Assembly: GCF_004010195.1 (NCBI RefSeq)
Contig: NC_057718.1
Span: forward strand, 95,027,994-95,061,136
DNA: 33,143 bases
DNA from: Chiloscyllium plagiosum
Taxonomy: Eukaryota
Direction of reading: 5' to 3'
The notes under the pieces are model-generated. The model did not search any database, had not been told where the DNA came from, and was given only the letters and a program-made list of their open reading frames with translations. Below are positions 1 through 11,456 of this stretch, in pieces (the first letter of the stretch is position 1; each line of letters begins with the position of its first letter). Made by a program: the position numbers and the translations under genes.

Positions 1-345
1 GAAGGCTGAGGGAGGAGTGTGATAGAGGTGTACACAGGGGGGTGCATGAACAGGATGGATAGGAAACAGCTGTCCCCTTTACTTGAAGGATTGATAACAA
101 GACAGGGCATTATTTTAATGTGAAGGGCAGGATGTTCACAGGGGATTTCAGGAAAACGATTTGCACCCAGATGGTGCCAGGAATCTGGGATGCACTGCCT
201 CGGAGGGTAAGAGAGACTGGTCATCTCACAACATTTAAAATGCATGCGGAGGGGTGCGCTCATTGTCATAACATTCAAGGCTGGATAGTGGAATTAGCGG
301 AGATAGGTCAGCTAGACAGGATAGGCTGAAAGCCCTCTTCTGTGC
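1..345 (+). mobile_element. CR1 LINE 3' fragment
   Basis: GAAGGCTGAGGGGAG...GATAGAGGTGTA, then TTCACCCAGA-like and GGAAT...CTGCC blocks, ending GGCTGAAAGCCC...TGTGCTGTATGATTATG. This is the typical CR1 ORF2 end and 3' tail, shared with other copies here. Confidence 0.8.
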
Positions 346-389
346 TGTATGATTATGTGAGGGAAATCTTATTTGGTCCGAACGAGACA

Positions 390-500
390 TACAGAAATGC
401 AGTGGACTCTTGTATGTTACTCAATTCAGGGGCAATTAGGGATAGGCAGGAAATACTGGCCTTACCAGAGACAAACAAATGCCGTAAAGGAATAAAGATG
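390..500 (+). mobile_element. Degenerate 3' tail of an L2/CR1-group LINE
   Basis: GGGCAATTAGGGATAGGCAGGAAATACTGGCC...GGAATAAA resembles the tail at 20430-20497. Confidence 0.55.
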
Positions 501-539
501 TGGGATGGAATGCAGGGTGGAATGGGATGTGGGATGGAA

Positions 540-622
540 GCAGAAAAGCCCGAAATGTTGACTCTCCTGCTCCTCAGATGCTGCTTGATCAGCTGTGCTT
601 GTCCAGCACCACACTCTGACTT
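540..622 (+). mobile_element. Short Penelope-like terminal fragment
   Basis: GCCCGAAATGTTGACTCTCCTGCTCCTCAGATGCTGC...CCAGCACCACACTC is the same motif as at 21160-21230 and 25735-25800. Confidence 0.75.
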
Positions 623-1333
623 GAGAATGTAGGAAAAAATAGAATATTGTTCATTGTCACGTGTACTCAAATACAGACGTACAGTGAAAAGTGAACAATG
701 TCACCACTTATAACACCATGTTGTTAGGTACAAATCCTAGATACAAAAAGAGGACTAAAAATGAATAGTAGTAACATTACTTTGCAGTGATCTATTGTAT
801 AAGTTAGAAATATGACAGCTATAGATCTCTCTCTAAACCTGCTACATTGCTGAATTTAATACTCCCCCCAGGCCAAATTCCAAGTCTGCAAGGCAAAGCT
901 TTCACATGCCAGAAGCTAATGTAAGTTTAGAAAAAGAGAGGGGTCTCCATTAAAACTCAGCACAGCATGCCCTCTGAATGTCTGCTGCAGCTGGGTCTAT
1001 CACAGCTGGTTCTCCTCTCCCTTACAAAGCAGGTGGTCTGGTTCAAACCTGGTTTGGAGAGCCGTGTAAATGCTTGGTGCATGATGCTTGTTTCTGTGAT
1101 AAAGTCAGCCACAGATCAGCCAATATCTTTCGTTTGCGGCTCAGAGCAGGGACACGCTGCCGCAAAGCCACTTGCTTCTGAGCAGTTAAAGCAAGAGCTG
1201 GAGAACAATTAGAGGTAGAGGGACCAAAGTGCTTGAGGAAGAGTTAATATGATTCTGTTTCTCCCCCTCACTTGAACAAAATGTCTGAATAAGTAAATCA
1301 GGCAGGAGCTCGGCAATATAAAGGGTCACCTAC

Positions 1334-1450
1334 CTTGTGGGTCTGCCTTCTTGTACGCATTCCCAGCATCCACAAAACTGGTGGCAGCATCGTGTTTGCT
1401 TTGTAACTGGAGGTGCAGTTTGGCGGCTTGGCAAAACGCATTCCCTGCAG
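1334..1450 (-). CDS. NAPB: Beta-SNAP coding exon 3; the gene continues beyond the left edge of the window
   Basis: Acceptor ttttctttgcattgaccag|C, 117 nt, donor AAG|GTAGGT. It encodes (A)[46 protein letters not shown] and NAYKK are beta-SNAP diagnostic. No exon encoding EAINCL... was found in 1-1333. Confidence 0.97.
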
Positions 1451-1609
1451 CTGGTCAATGCAAAGAAAACAGTAACATCTACTGCACGTCAGCACATGGT
1501 GAAATAGCAACATTATCTATGGAATCTAAGGAGAGTCAGAACATCTAAACACGTTATAAGTTATGACTTTGGCAATGATTAAATGCTCTCAGGCTGATCA
1601 ACAGTTCTA

Positions 1610-1822
1610 AATGTAGGAGTAAATTACTGCAGATGCTGGAATCTGTACTGAAAACAACAAATGGTCAGACAGCATCCTTGAATAGAGAGCAATCTAACAT
1701 TTTTTAGTCTAGATGACCCTATCATAGCTGACTCTGAAGAAGAGTCAACTAGACTCAATGTTAGCATGCTCTCTCTTCATGGATGCTGTCTGACCCACTG
1801 GGATCTCCAGCATTTGTTGTTA
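1610..1822. mobile_element. Palindromic PLE-derived short insertion with TSD and a degenerate hammerhead
   Basis: Inverted arms GGTCAGACAGCATCC...AGTCTAGATGAC / GTCAACTAGACT...GGATGCTGTCTGACC, with CTGAAGA at 1734-1740. Flanked by GCTG(A)TCAACAGTTCTA (about 1593-1609 and 1823-1838). Confidence 0.75.
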
Positions 1823-1939
1823 GCTGTCAACAGTTCTACCCTACAGTATCGCACAGTAGCAGGACACATGGACATGTTTTGATGTGTATTTTAATTTGTC
1901 AACACAACAGCATTACTTCATATCAACGATATTATAATA

Positions 1940-2812
1940 TCTGCTCTTCATAGTTCCTCTGTGCTGCAGTGTATGATGGCTCATTTAAATAATGAGCTCA
2001 TGCAGCTTCGTTTGTGGGTGTTGGGATGGTTGCTCTGTAGTTCAGTATTTGGTCCATATGTTTTTTCCTGTAGATGTTGGTTTTGTCTACACACTGCAGT
2101 GTAGAAGAAAATCATCTACATTGTGTATTCAAAAAGAACGGGTCAATGACCACAGTCCACCAATTTCTCAACAAGCCCAAACGAGCAGACAAAACACATC
2201 CAGAAACCCTAGCCACTCGACCCTACATCAAGGACATATCAGACACGACTGCCAGACTACTCAGACCTCTTGGCATCATGGTAGCCCACAAACTCACCAA
2301 CGCACTAAAAACAGTGACTAACGAACTTAATAGACCCTATACAGGCAACTAGCAAAACAAATGTCATGCAAGAACTGTAGCAAACACTACATTGGACGAA
2401 CAGGCAGAAAACTAGCCACCAGGATACAAGAACATCAACCAGCCACAAAAAGACATGACCCACTCTCACTAGTATCCTTTGACTGAGATGACACATCCAT
2501 CCCAGGACAAGCCAAACAGAGAGAGACACGAGAATTCCTAGTAGCATGGCATTCCAAATGGAACTCGATCAACAAAACATGTCGATTTGGAACCCATCTA
2601 CCACCCTCTGAGAAAAAGAACAGGAAATGACATCACCAACCCAAGGAAAGAAACAGCTAAACAGAAAGCAGGATATAGCACCAGTGCTTCATTAGACGCT
2701 CACTGAAGATGTTACCTAGTTGACGAAATGTTTGAAAATGAACCTTCCAACTCAGCGAGCAAACTTACATCCAGAACCTCAACCGGAGCTAAAAATCTTC
2801 TCAAAACTCGCA
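1940..2812 (+). mobile_element. Penelope-like element fragment (RT thumb-linker-GIY-YIG) with an inverted 5' segment
   Basis: The plus strand encodes VFKKNG...PYIKDISDTTARLLRPLGIMVAHK and HYIGRTGRKLATRIQEH (GIY-YIG YIG motif). 1940-2085 carries the preceding RT-thumb region (IYRK...DQILNY...HPNTHKRSC) on the minus strand. The terminus has a hammerhead-like core at 2703-2732. Confidence 0.9.
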
Positions 2813-2824
2813 AACTTGGATTGT

Positions 2825-3175
2825 GTTTGCTAAAGCATTGGAGGTGGGGAGGACTACCTGGTGGAAGTATATAAAGTTATGAGAGGATAGATAATGGGAG
2901 TCCTTCTCCCCCAGAGTGGAAATGTCAAATAACTTGGGGGCATAGGTTTAGAGGAGATGTGCAAGGTAAGTCTTTTTGTTAAAAACACAGAGGGTGGTAA
3001 GTGCCACTTATACACTGCCATGGGAAATGTTGGAAACAGTTATGATGGCAACATTTAGACATGAGCAGGCAGGGGATAGAGGGATATAAACCACGTGCAG
3101 ATAGATGGGGTTAATTTAGAATGCACCACAGTCAACACATATACAGTAGGCTGAAGGCCTAGTCCTGTCCTACAT
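2825..3175 (+). mobile_element. CR1 LINE 3' fragment, degenerate
   Basis: GGAAGTATATAAAGTTATGAGAGG...ACACAGAGGGTGGT...GGCTGAAGGCCTAGTCCTGT. Confidence 0.75.
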
Positions 3176-3644
3176 AATATCTTTATGAGATATCCTCTGT
3201 CCAGAATGAATGTGATTTTTAGTCTACAATGTTTATAAATGCCCATAAAAATATCTTGGAAATTCCAGAGTGTCTAATTCCATCATTTACCTCTTCAATC
3301 AATATAATTTACCCACAGCAACAAACTGGTATTAAACACAATTATCTCATTTAGTCACCAGTCTGAACACGATTTTTACCAAAAATGTTCACAGGATTGT
3401 AATTCATTTGTATTTTGAAAGTTTAAAAATCCTGAATCACAACCAAAGGGTATGGGGGTTGCTAATTTTTATGACCTGTTATTATCTGATCATCAGAATA
3501 TGCAGCAATTTTGTGATATCTTCACATGTTCTATTGCAAGCATTTCCTGTACTGAAAATGTTTATTTTTAACCTTTTGTCACTTTGTTTTCCTGTTTCAA
3601 TCACTAAGTGACTGCTTAAATCAACTTACAAGATGAACTATGCT

Positions 3645-3760
3645 GGAGATCAGTTTGCTCACTGAGCTGCAAGGTTCATTTTCGTGAAAATGACCCTTCC
3701 AGCTCAGCAAGCAAATTTACATCCAGAACCTCAACCTGAGCTACAAATCTTTTCAAAATA
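3645..3760. mobile_element. Short hairpin PLE terminal fragment with a 9-bp TSD
   Basis: GTTTGCTCACTGAGCTGCAAGGTTCATTTTC / GAAAATGACCCTTCCAGCTCAGCAAGCAAA are inverted. The right arm matches the terminus at 2733-2810. AACTATGCT occurs at 3636-3644 and 3761-3769. Confidence 0.8.
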
Positions 3761-4177
3761 AACTATGCTTTCCTAATGGCTCTGCTTATTAAGGTTAGGA
3801 TGTTTCACTGTGTTATGCAGAGACGTCCTTGTTAGAAAAATGAAAGGCCTCAAAAGTTCCCTGGATAAGAGGTAAATAAAGTTGTAGGGCTTTTGAGGCA
3901 TTGTGGGAGTGTCCCTATCTCTGGGTCAGATGGTCTAGGTTTAAGTCCTACCTATTTCAAGCATGTGACATAACATTTCTGAACAGGTTGATTAAAAATA
4001 GCTAAAGCAAAATAGTTAATCAGCCCAGGGTTCCTGCTGCTGATGATATGCAATAATACTGCTCGGGATTTGCGTTTGTGAAAGCAGGTGAAGATTTTGA
4101 TTACCTTCCCGCACACAGTCAAACTGTGAGCACACATCGACTATCCAAACTCACAAGGGAGTGGCTAAAAAAGCATG

Positions 4178-4272
4178 AACTCTGAAGAGTCATACCAGAC
4201 TCAATACCTTAGACTTGTTTCGCATTCCAGAGGCTGCCAGGCCTGCTGAGTTTTTCCCAGCATTCTCTGTGT
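4178..4272 (+). mobile_element. Short PLE terminal fragment
   Basis: CTGAAGAGTCATACCAGACTC...GCTGCCAGGCCTGCTGAGTTTTTCCCAGCA. Confidence 0.65.
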
Positions 4273-4510
4273 TGGTTACGGAAAGGTTATATTTGGGTGA
4301 TCTTCTTAGAGAAGGATTGGTGCCCTGCTATAAAACCCTAGAAACCAAGCCAATACCTTTAGGGGAAAAGGGGAAGAAACCAGTGAAATATTCACAGTAA
4401 AAGCAGAGAGGGAAGAAAGCAAGTGTGACAAATGGTGTTTGTAACTGGAGATTACATGCTGTCCTCACAGGAATGGTCAACTATAGAAAGCATACATATT
4501 TATTAATCAA

Positions 4511-4597
4511 GAAGGGCTTATGCCCGAAATGTCGATTCTCCTGCTCCTTTGATGCTGCCTAACCTGCTGTGCTTTTCCAGCAACACATTTTTAAGCT
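4511..4597 (+). mobile_element. 5'-truncated PLE terminal insertion with a 15-bp TSD
   Basis: GAAGGGCTTATGCCCGAAATGTCGATTCTCCTGCTCC...CCAGCAACACATTTT, flanked by ATATTTATTAA(T/C)CAA at 4496-4510 and 4598-4612. Confidence 0.85.
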
Positions 4598-4637
4598 ATA
4601 TTTATTAACCAACCCAATATCACTCTCAATCCCTCCC

Positions 4638-4923
4638 TAGAATTTAGAAGAATGAAAATGGATCTGATAGAAACCCATAAAATTCGAACAGGACTAGATG
4701 AAAGATGGATGTTTGCAATGGTGGAAGAGTCCAGAACCAGGGTTTATAGTTTAAGAATAAAGGGGTAAACCTTTTAGGACTGAGATGAAGAGAGATATCT
4801 TCACCCAGAGAGTGACAAGCCTGTGGAATTCACTACCACAAAAAGTGGTTGAGGACAAAACACTGTTTTCGAGAAGGAGGTAGATATAGCACTTGTGACT
4901 AAGAGGATCAAGGGATATGGGGA
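4638..4923 (+). mobile_element. CR1 LINE 3' fragment
   Basis: AGAATTTAGAAGAATGA...TTTAGGACTGAGATGAAGAG...TTCACCCAGAGAGTG...GGATCAAGGGATATGGGGA. Confidence 0.85.
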
Positions 4924-4924
4924 A

Positions 4925-4988
4925 GAGAGAGCGCGAGGGAGAGAGAGCACGCGAGGGAGAGAGAGCACGCGAGGGAGAGAGAGCACGC
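4925..4988 (+). repeat. 18-bp tandem repeat (GCGAGGGAGAGAGAGCAC) x about 3.5
   Basis: Directly visible and translates as RGREST repeats in ORF 4895..5251. Confidence 0.9.
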
Positions 4989-5876
4989 TAGTTAATAATA
5001 TTTTAACTAGCTTGAAATCTTGGAAACCTCCACATGCTCCAATCAATTCTGGCCCGTCCTTGCAAACATTGCTGAGGGGACCTCAGCACTCCTCACTAAA
5101 TGTTGGTGGTGACACCAGTTTCAAAGACCCTTTCACTACATTTTCAACTATCCCCAACCCCACCAGCATGTCCCTCAACCCCTCTAACATGGCCCAGACC
5201 ATTTTCAAGATAGATCTAAACAAAAATTTTACACAAAGGTACACACTATGATAAAGACTGGAGAGAAGGAGATTAAATCTCAATCATTCCTTGCATTAGT
5301 TGTTCTTTAAGAGACAACCGAGGCTGAAAACAATGACTTACTGGCTCAAATTACAGCTAGGTGGTGTATAAATATAAGCCCATATTTGCAGATAATATTA
5401 CTCATCTATAATGCTCTAACCATTGTGCTTGTGATGGCACGAGCAAGTGAGCAGGAGTCCCCCAAGAGGGAAGTGATGGTACTGCATTAGATTTGAAGAT
5501 CTGGCTGAAGTTTGTTGGAAGCCGAAAGGAGATATAGTCACTAAATAAATAAATGCACAAAATGGTTTCTAATCGAGAGAAGGTCAAGGAGAGACCCATT
5601 AGCACCATTCTAAATCAGGAGAAGTCTTCTTGAGCAAGAAAATATTTCCTCTGCTAAGTTGGTAACCAAACGTTGTAGATCTAAAGCTCAATGGAAGTCA
5701 ATTATATTGTAGATGGTGAAGGTCCAAAGTGTGAGATTATGTTTTAACCAGACTGTTTTAACTTTTTTTAAAAAAATGCTTATATTCTCAAATTCTGACA
5801 AGCAAAATTAAGATTAAAATGAAGGTTTACTTCTTGTTGGGAGCAATGAGACTTACTGGACATAAGGGAATTTAGT

Positions 5877-5957
5877 TCTGAGGAATGTTACCTGATTTCT
5901 CTCCACAGATGCTGCCAGACGTGCTGAGTTTTCTAGCAATTTCTGATTTTGTTTGTG
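5877..5957 (+). mobile_element. Short PLE terminal insertion with a 13-bp TSD
   Basis: CTCTCCACAGATGCTGCCAGACGTGCTGAGTTTTCTAGCAATTTCTG, flanked by AAGGGAATTTAGT at 5864-5876 and 5958-5970. Confidence 0.8.
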
Positions 5958-6144
5958 AAGGGAATTTAGTGGTTAACTGAACCACATTGTAATGGATTTA
6001 GATTATAATTGACAAGAAAAAGCTACAGAATAATTAAAACAGTCTCCCCTCACTCACACAGAATCATTACCTTAAAGGCATTTCAAGAATGGACAGTGAG
6101 ATCAGATTCTACTCCGAGTGACTGAAAGGCAATTGGACACTGCA

Positions 6145-6440
6145 AGGGGGTTCAATTCCAGCCTCGGGCGACTGTCTATGTGGAGTTTGCACATTCTCCC
6201 CGTGTCTGCATGGGTTTCCTCTGGGTGCTCCTGTTTCCTCCCACAGTGCAAAGACGTGCAGGTTAGGAGAATCGGCCATGCTAAATTGCTCAAAGTGTTT
6301 GGCGCATTAGTCAGGGGTAATTACAGGGTAGGGGAATGGATCTGGGTGTGAGACTCTTCAGAGGGTCGGTGTGGACTTGTTGGGCTGAAGGGCCTGTTTC
6401 CATACTGTAGGGAATCAAATCTAACCTAATCTAATCCAAT
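6145..6440 (+). mobile_element. HE1-type SINE (elasmobranch)
   Basis: B-box GGTTCAATTCC, central TGTGGAGTTTGCACATTCTCCCCGTGTCTGCATGGGTTTCC, GGCCATGCTAAATTG, and a CR1-like tail ending in (CTAAT)n. Confidence 0.9.
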
Positions 6441-7344
6441 CCAAAAAAAAAGGAATTATTTGCAGGGCAATTGGGAAGAAAAGTTAGGATGTGGGATGAA
6501 ACTGGGTAGCTCTTTCAACAAACTGACACTGCTCCTGTACAAGGAGCCCAAGGGGCATCATTCTATGCTGCCAGACTTCATCTGTCACCAAAATTCCATA
6601 TCAGTGCTGAGAACAATAAAGCAGACTGATAGGAAACCAACTGATTATGTAACCAATTTCAACAAAACACACTACCCTCATGATCTTACAATGGCAGAAC
6701 ACGATGGTGATAACACTCTATAATCCACTGCAATCCTAGATTTTGTACAAAACTTGATTTCAGACTTAAAGCAACAGAATCAGAAAATACACAGAGGAAA
6801 TGGGGATATTAATTTCAGGAAAACAGCAGAGATAAGAGAACACAATGAAAAGATTTGCAAAATAAATTCATTTTGAATTTGCAATTGGATTGACAAACGA
6901 TGGATGAAATGGAGCATTGTGAAAACATAACAGTAAACACAGAACAAAAAAAAACTGCAATCACAAGTGTACACATTTTAGCACGGGAGGGCAAAATGTG
7001 TCAACGCAGGCTTGGAAGGCCAAAGGGAATGTTCCTGTGTTGTATTGAATGGAACAGATTCATCCTGGGAAAAATCAAGGGAAAGCTGGTAGCAATGGTT
7101 GGCATGTCACTCAATGTGCAGATCACATACTAAAATTAATCAATGCTATGGTTAATGGCATGTTAAGTTTACCATTAAGTTTAAGAATATAGAACTGAAA
7201 GGCACTGATGGAGTAGATACTTGGTCCATGTGGCATAGATTCATCCACAGTGATGTTAGAAAGAGAATAAAAGCTTGTGAGCCATTGACAATGGAATGGC
7301 GATGGGGTTAATTCCATATCTTGGTAATGTGGATTGAAGGGGAG

Positions 7345-8012
7345 CCTGCTGGTTAACAGCCTACACATTAACAGCACAGAGGTGGAATAAGTGGAGAGCG
7401 TCAAGCTCCTGGGAGTGGCCATCCACAACAAGCTTTCTTGGACTCTTCATGTAGACGCACTGGTTACAAAGGCCCAACAACGTCTCTTCTTCCTCAGGCA
7501 GCTGAGGAAATTTGGCATGATGGCGAATACCCTTGTCAATTTTAATAGGTGCCCCATCGAGAGCATCCTGCCTGGATGTATCACTGCCTGGTATGGCAAC
7601 TGTACCATTCAAGATCGGAGACGGTTACAGAGAATGGTGAACGCGGCCTGGACAATCACAAAGGCCAACCTCCCATTTATAGAATCCAATCCACCAGGCC
7701 CACTATCAAGGAAAGGCCACTAGCATTCCCAACCTGGCAATGTCTTTCTACAACCTCTACCACTGGGGAGAAGGTACAGAAACCTGAACACTCGCACCAA
7801 CCGGTTTTGTAACAGTTTCTACCCTACTGTTGTTAGAATACTGACTGGACTCAAACTCTTAGCATTCGCCTGTATCTGTGTTTTTATTTTTGCCACTGTT
7901 TATCTATTATTTACTATCTATGCTACTTAACTCTGATCTGCCTGTGTTGCTCACAAGACGAAGCTTTTCAGGGTGCCTCGGTACATGTGACAATAAATTC
8001 AATTCAATTCAG
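7345..8012 (+). mobile_element. Rex1/Babar-type LINE 3' fragment
   Basis: ORF 7391..7723 reads KLLGVAIHNKLSWTLHVDALVTKAQQRLFFLRQLRKFG...IESILPGCITAWYGNCT..DRRRLQR, the Rex/Babar C-terminal pattern. The element ends AATAAA(TTCAA)n. Confidence 0.85.
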
Positions 8013-8607
8013 GTGATGGGGTTTCTATGTGCCACTACCCTTTGTGCAGAGTGCTACATGCAATCAGTGGCAGGATTTTTCCCTCTGATCCCCATCAACC
8101 TCTGTTTTGCCAGGGCTCACTGATGTCCCACTCTGTCAAATAGTGCTTTAATGACAAGAGCAACCATTCGAACCACATCTGCTTTATATACATTGGAAAG
8201 GTTTTTTAAAAAACAATTAAAATAGTGAAACTAGGAATGTAGAGGAAAGGATATCTCCTGTGAGCAAAGAATAGATAATCCTTAAGACTTGCAGTCCAGA
8301 AGGAAAGTAACTTAGAAAGGGGATTTTGTGGGGTTGGGAAGGGGTCATGAAAAAATATTAAACATATTAACATGGTGAATCCAAATTACTACTATAAAGC
8401 TAGCTTTGTAAGTAGAACAAAATGGCACAAATGGGAATTGGTAAGAATCCAAATGAAATTACGAAAAATCTCTACTTAATTAGTCCTAAATCATTGAGAT
8501 ATAATCAGTTAGTAACATTAGCAGATGCTCAAAAATCAAATACTTAGGATATTGAAATGAATGTTGATAGTCCAAATTATTTTCTCTCATTTCCTTGCCC
8601 TTGTCGC

Positions 8608-8712
8608 AGTTCTGAAGAAGCACCACATCAGACTCAAAACGTGACTGCTGCTTCTCTCCCGACAGATGCTGTCAGACCTGCTGAGTTTCTCTAGAGCTTT
8701 CTGTCTGTATTC
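8608..8712 (+). mobile_element. Short PLE terminal fragment with a degenerate hammerhead
   Basis: CTGAAGA 8612-8618...GACTCAAAACGT...CAGATGCTGTCAGACCTGCTGAGTTTCTC. Confidence 0.7.
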
Positions 8713-8934
8713 TTGTCCCTGACTTCCCTGTAAAGGGGCAGGGTTGCGTGTAACAATGTTCAAAACATACCGTACTGTAACCAAATATAATCAATCTCCC
8801 GTAAAAGATTATGTATAATCTAGTTTATTATAACACCGGGTATTTCAACATTGACCAGTGAAGCTGTTGCAGTGACACGTCCAGCAAGCCACCTCATTGT
8901 GGTTCTGATTCATTCTGGCAAATAACAAGAACAG

Positions 8935-9490
8935 AATGGGACTGTACAGGACATCGGGTGGGCCACGTTTAGAATGCAGCATTCAGATCCAGTTTCCCTG
9001 CTACAGGAAAGATGCTGTGAAACTTGAAAAGGTTCAGAAAAGATTTACGGTTTGAGCTGCAGAGAGAGGCTGAATAGGCTGGGACTTATTCACCTGGAGC
9101 ATCGGAGGCCGAGGGGTGACTTTATAGCAGTTTACAAAATAACGAGGTGTACAAGGAAGGTGCATGGCAGAGGTCTTTTACCTATGGTGAGGGATTTCAA
9201 ATCTAAGGGACTATTTTTAAAGGTGAGGGGAGAAAGAGTTTTAAAAAAGACATTGGGACAATTTTGTTTTTACATGGCATGGTTTATGTATGGAATGAAC
9301 TTCCAGAGGAAGTGATGGATGCAGGTACAGTTACAACATTTAAAAGATATTTAGAGAAGTTCATGAATACGAAATATACAGAGGGATATGGGCCAAGCAC
9401 AGGCAGGTGGGACTAGTTTAGTTTGGGATTAGGGTCAGCATGCACTGGTGGAACTGAAGGGTCTGTTTCCATGCTGTATTACTCTATGGC
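8935..9490 (+). mobile_element. CR1 LINE 3' fragment
   Basis: ORF 9052..9315 reads SCRERLNRLGLIHLEHRRPRGDFIAVYKI, the CR1 ORF2 end. The tail GGGACTAGTTTAGTTTGGGATT is shared with 14815 and 24870. Confidence 0.9.
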
Positions 9491-10610
9491 TTTAGTCATT
9501 ATTACAGATGAATAGATTGACTGTAGGTAAACAACTATGAACTGTCAATGCGTAATACTACTAATTTAAGACTCTTCATTCCCTCCACACAGACAGAGAT
9601 ACACAAAGAAAAATTGGTGTTATGGATGGAGGTGAAATAAAAGGATGGGGGAGCATTCCAATGGTACCAGTACACCGGGTTTGCTCAGATGATCATTTTG
9701 TTTTCCAGGATTTTCTGCTTTTCATTCTCTTCTCCAGGTACTTTTTACTTCTCCGCAGGAGTCTCAGGCAATTGGTACATTAACTACAAAGTCTCTTTGT
9801 TACTTCCTAAAAGCCATAGCTTACAGTAATTGGTGAGGAGAAATAAATTATCTTTCTTTAGGCTTTAAGTTATTTACTGGAGAAAAAAGATGCACCTCCT
9901 CTCTTTTCAGCTGTGCAAAGTCTTTTGCCAGTATCATTCACAGCCACAAGTTGATCATCCCTACACGAATCAGATCGTTCTCACCATGCCTATGGCATTC
10001 ACAATTGGTCACAACTCCACAGACCAATCAGCACCCTGTTGCTGGCTGAATCTTACTTGATACCCATCCCCTTGCTTCTGGTCCATCAACAAACAGCCTT
10101 GAACACTGAACATGAATTAGAATAACTTAGTTTCAGCAGCACTTTTATCCCCAAAATGTCAGCAATTCCTCCCTCAGTTCCTTGCTCTAGGACAGTCCTT
10201 ATTCCATTTCAGTAAACAATTACGCTTACAGAAAAATAAAACATTGTGCTTACATTAAAGAAAGTATGTCCATTTACTTGACAGCTGGACTAGTCTTGTT
10301 GACCTCTCTCAATTCATGCTCCTATTCAACAGATGGATTATTGGGGGGCTTTGCAGAGAAATCAGAAAGAAGCAATATCTCCAGAATAAAAAAAAGAAAC
10401 AAATCTACATATTCCAAAAAGGAGGAACAACATTTGGAACTAACATTCCAGGTCAATGACTTTTGTCAGCAGTTCTGGCAAATGGTCAACAATGTTACAT
10501 GTTAACTGCATTTCTCTCTTTCCTGAAACCTGTTGAATACTCCCAGGAGTTTCTGTTTATAATTTCAAATTTTGAAGTATCTCCAATATTTAGAGCTTGG
10601 CCTCTCTGTG

Positions 10611-11456
10611 GGGCAGCACAGTGGTTAGCACTGCTTCCTCTCAGCACCAGGGACGCTGGTTTAATTCCAGCCTCTGGCGACTGTGTGTGTGGAGTTTGCA
10701 CATTCTCCCCGTATCTGCATGAGTTTCCTCTGGGTGTTCTGGTTTCCTCCCACAGTTCAAAGGTGTGCAGATTAGGTGGATTTGCCATGTTAAATTGCAC
10801 ATAGACTCCAGGGATGTGCAGGCTACGTGCATTAGTCATGGGAAATTGAGTCATAGTCATAGACATAGAGACGTACAGCATGGAAACAGACCCTTCGGTC
10901 CAACCGCCCATGCTGACCAGATATCCCAACCCAATCTAGTGTCACCTGCCAGCATCCAGCCCATATCCCTCCAAACCCTTCCTATTCATATACCCATCCA
11001 AATGCCTCTTAATTGTTGCAATTGTATCAGTCTCCACTACTTCCATTGGCAGCTCATTCCATACACGTACCGCCCTCTGAAAAAGTTGACCCGTAAATCT
11101 CTTTTATATCTTTCCCCTCTCACCCTAAACCTATGCCCTCTAGTTCTGGACTCCCCTACCCCAAGGAAAAGACTTTGTTTGTTTGCCCTATCCATGCCCC
11201 TCAATTTTGTAAACCTCTATAAGGTCACCCCTCAGCCTCCAACTCTCCAGGGAAAACAGCCCCAGCCTGTTAAGCCTCTCCCTACAGCTCAAATCCTCCA
11301 ACCTTGGCAACATCCTTGTAAATCTTTTCTGAACCCTTTCAAGTTTTACAACATATTTACGAAAAGATAGGGGGATGCTCTGGATGCTCTTTGGAGGATC
11401 AGTATGGACTCAATGGGCTGAATAGCCTGCTTCCGCACTGTCGGGATTCTGTGATT
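10611..11456 (+). mobile_element. HE1-type SINE split by a CR1 insertion (5' part 10611-10847, 3' part about 11368-11456)
   Basis: tRNA-like head GGGCAGCACAGTGGTTAGCACTGC and central TGTGGAGTTTGCACATTCTCCCCG. The sequence resumes at GGATGCTCTTTGGAGGATCAGTATGGACTCAATGGGCTGAAT. Confidence 0.85.
10848..11360 (-). mobile_element. CR1 LINE 3' fragment nested in an HE1 SINE
   Basis: Begins with the reverse tail GAGTCATAGTCATAG...ACAGCATGGAAACAGACCCTTCGGTCCAAC and contains ACCTCTATAAGGTCACCCCTCAGCCTCC. Confidence 0.9.

Noticed and set aside
1298..1548. Track ORFs overlapping NAPB exon 3 (and 13883..14140 over exon 2)
   Set aside because: They are wrong-frame or antisense readings of the true exons.
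4895..5251. ORF with RGREST repeats
   Set aside because: It is a CR1 tail plus an 18-bp tandem repeat read through by chance.
10611..10680. tRNA-like sequence with A/B boxes (similar heads at about 3900-3960, 6145 and 12548)
   Set aside because: These are degenerate SINE heads, with no complete cloverleaf or anticodon arm.
10765..11370. 201-aa plus-strand ORF
   Set aside because: It spans an HE1 SINE and the antisense strand of a CR1 fragment, so it is a shadow ORF.
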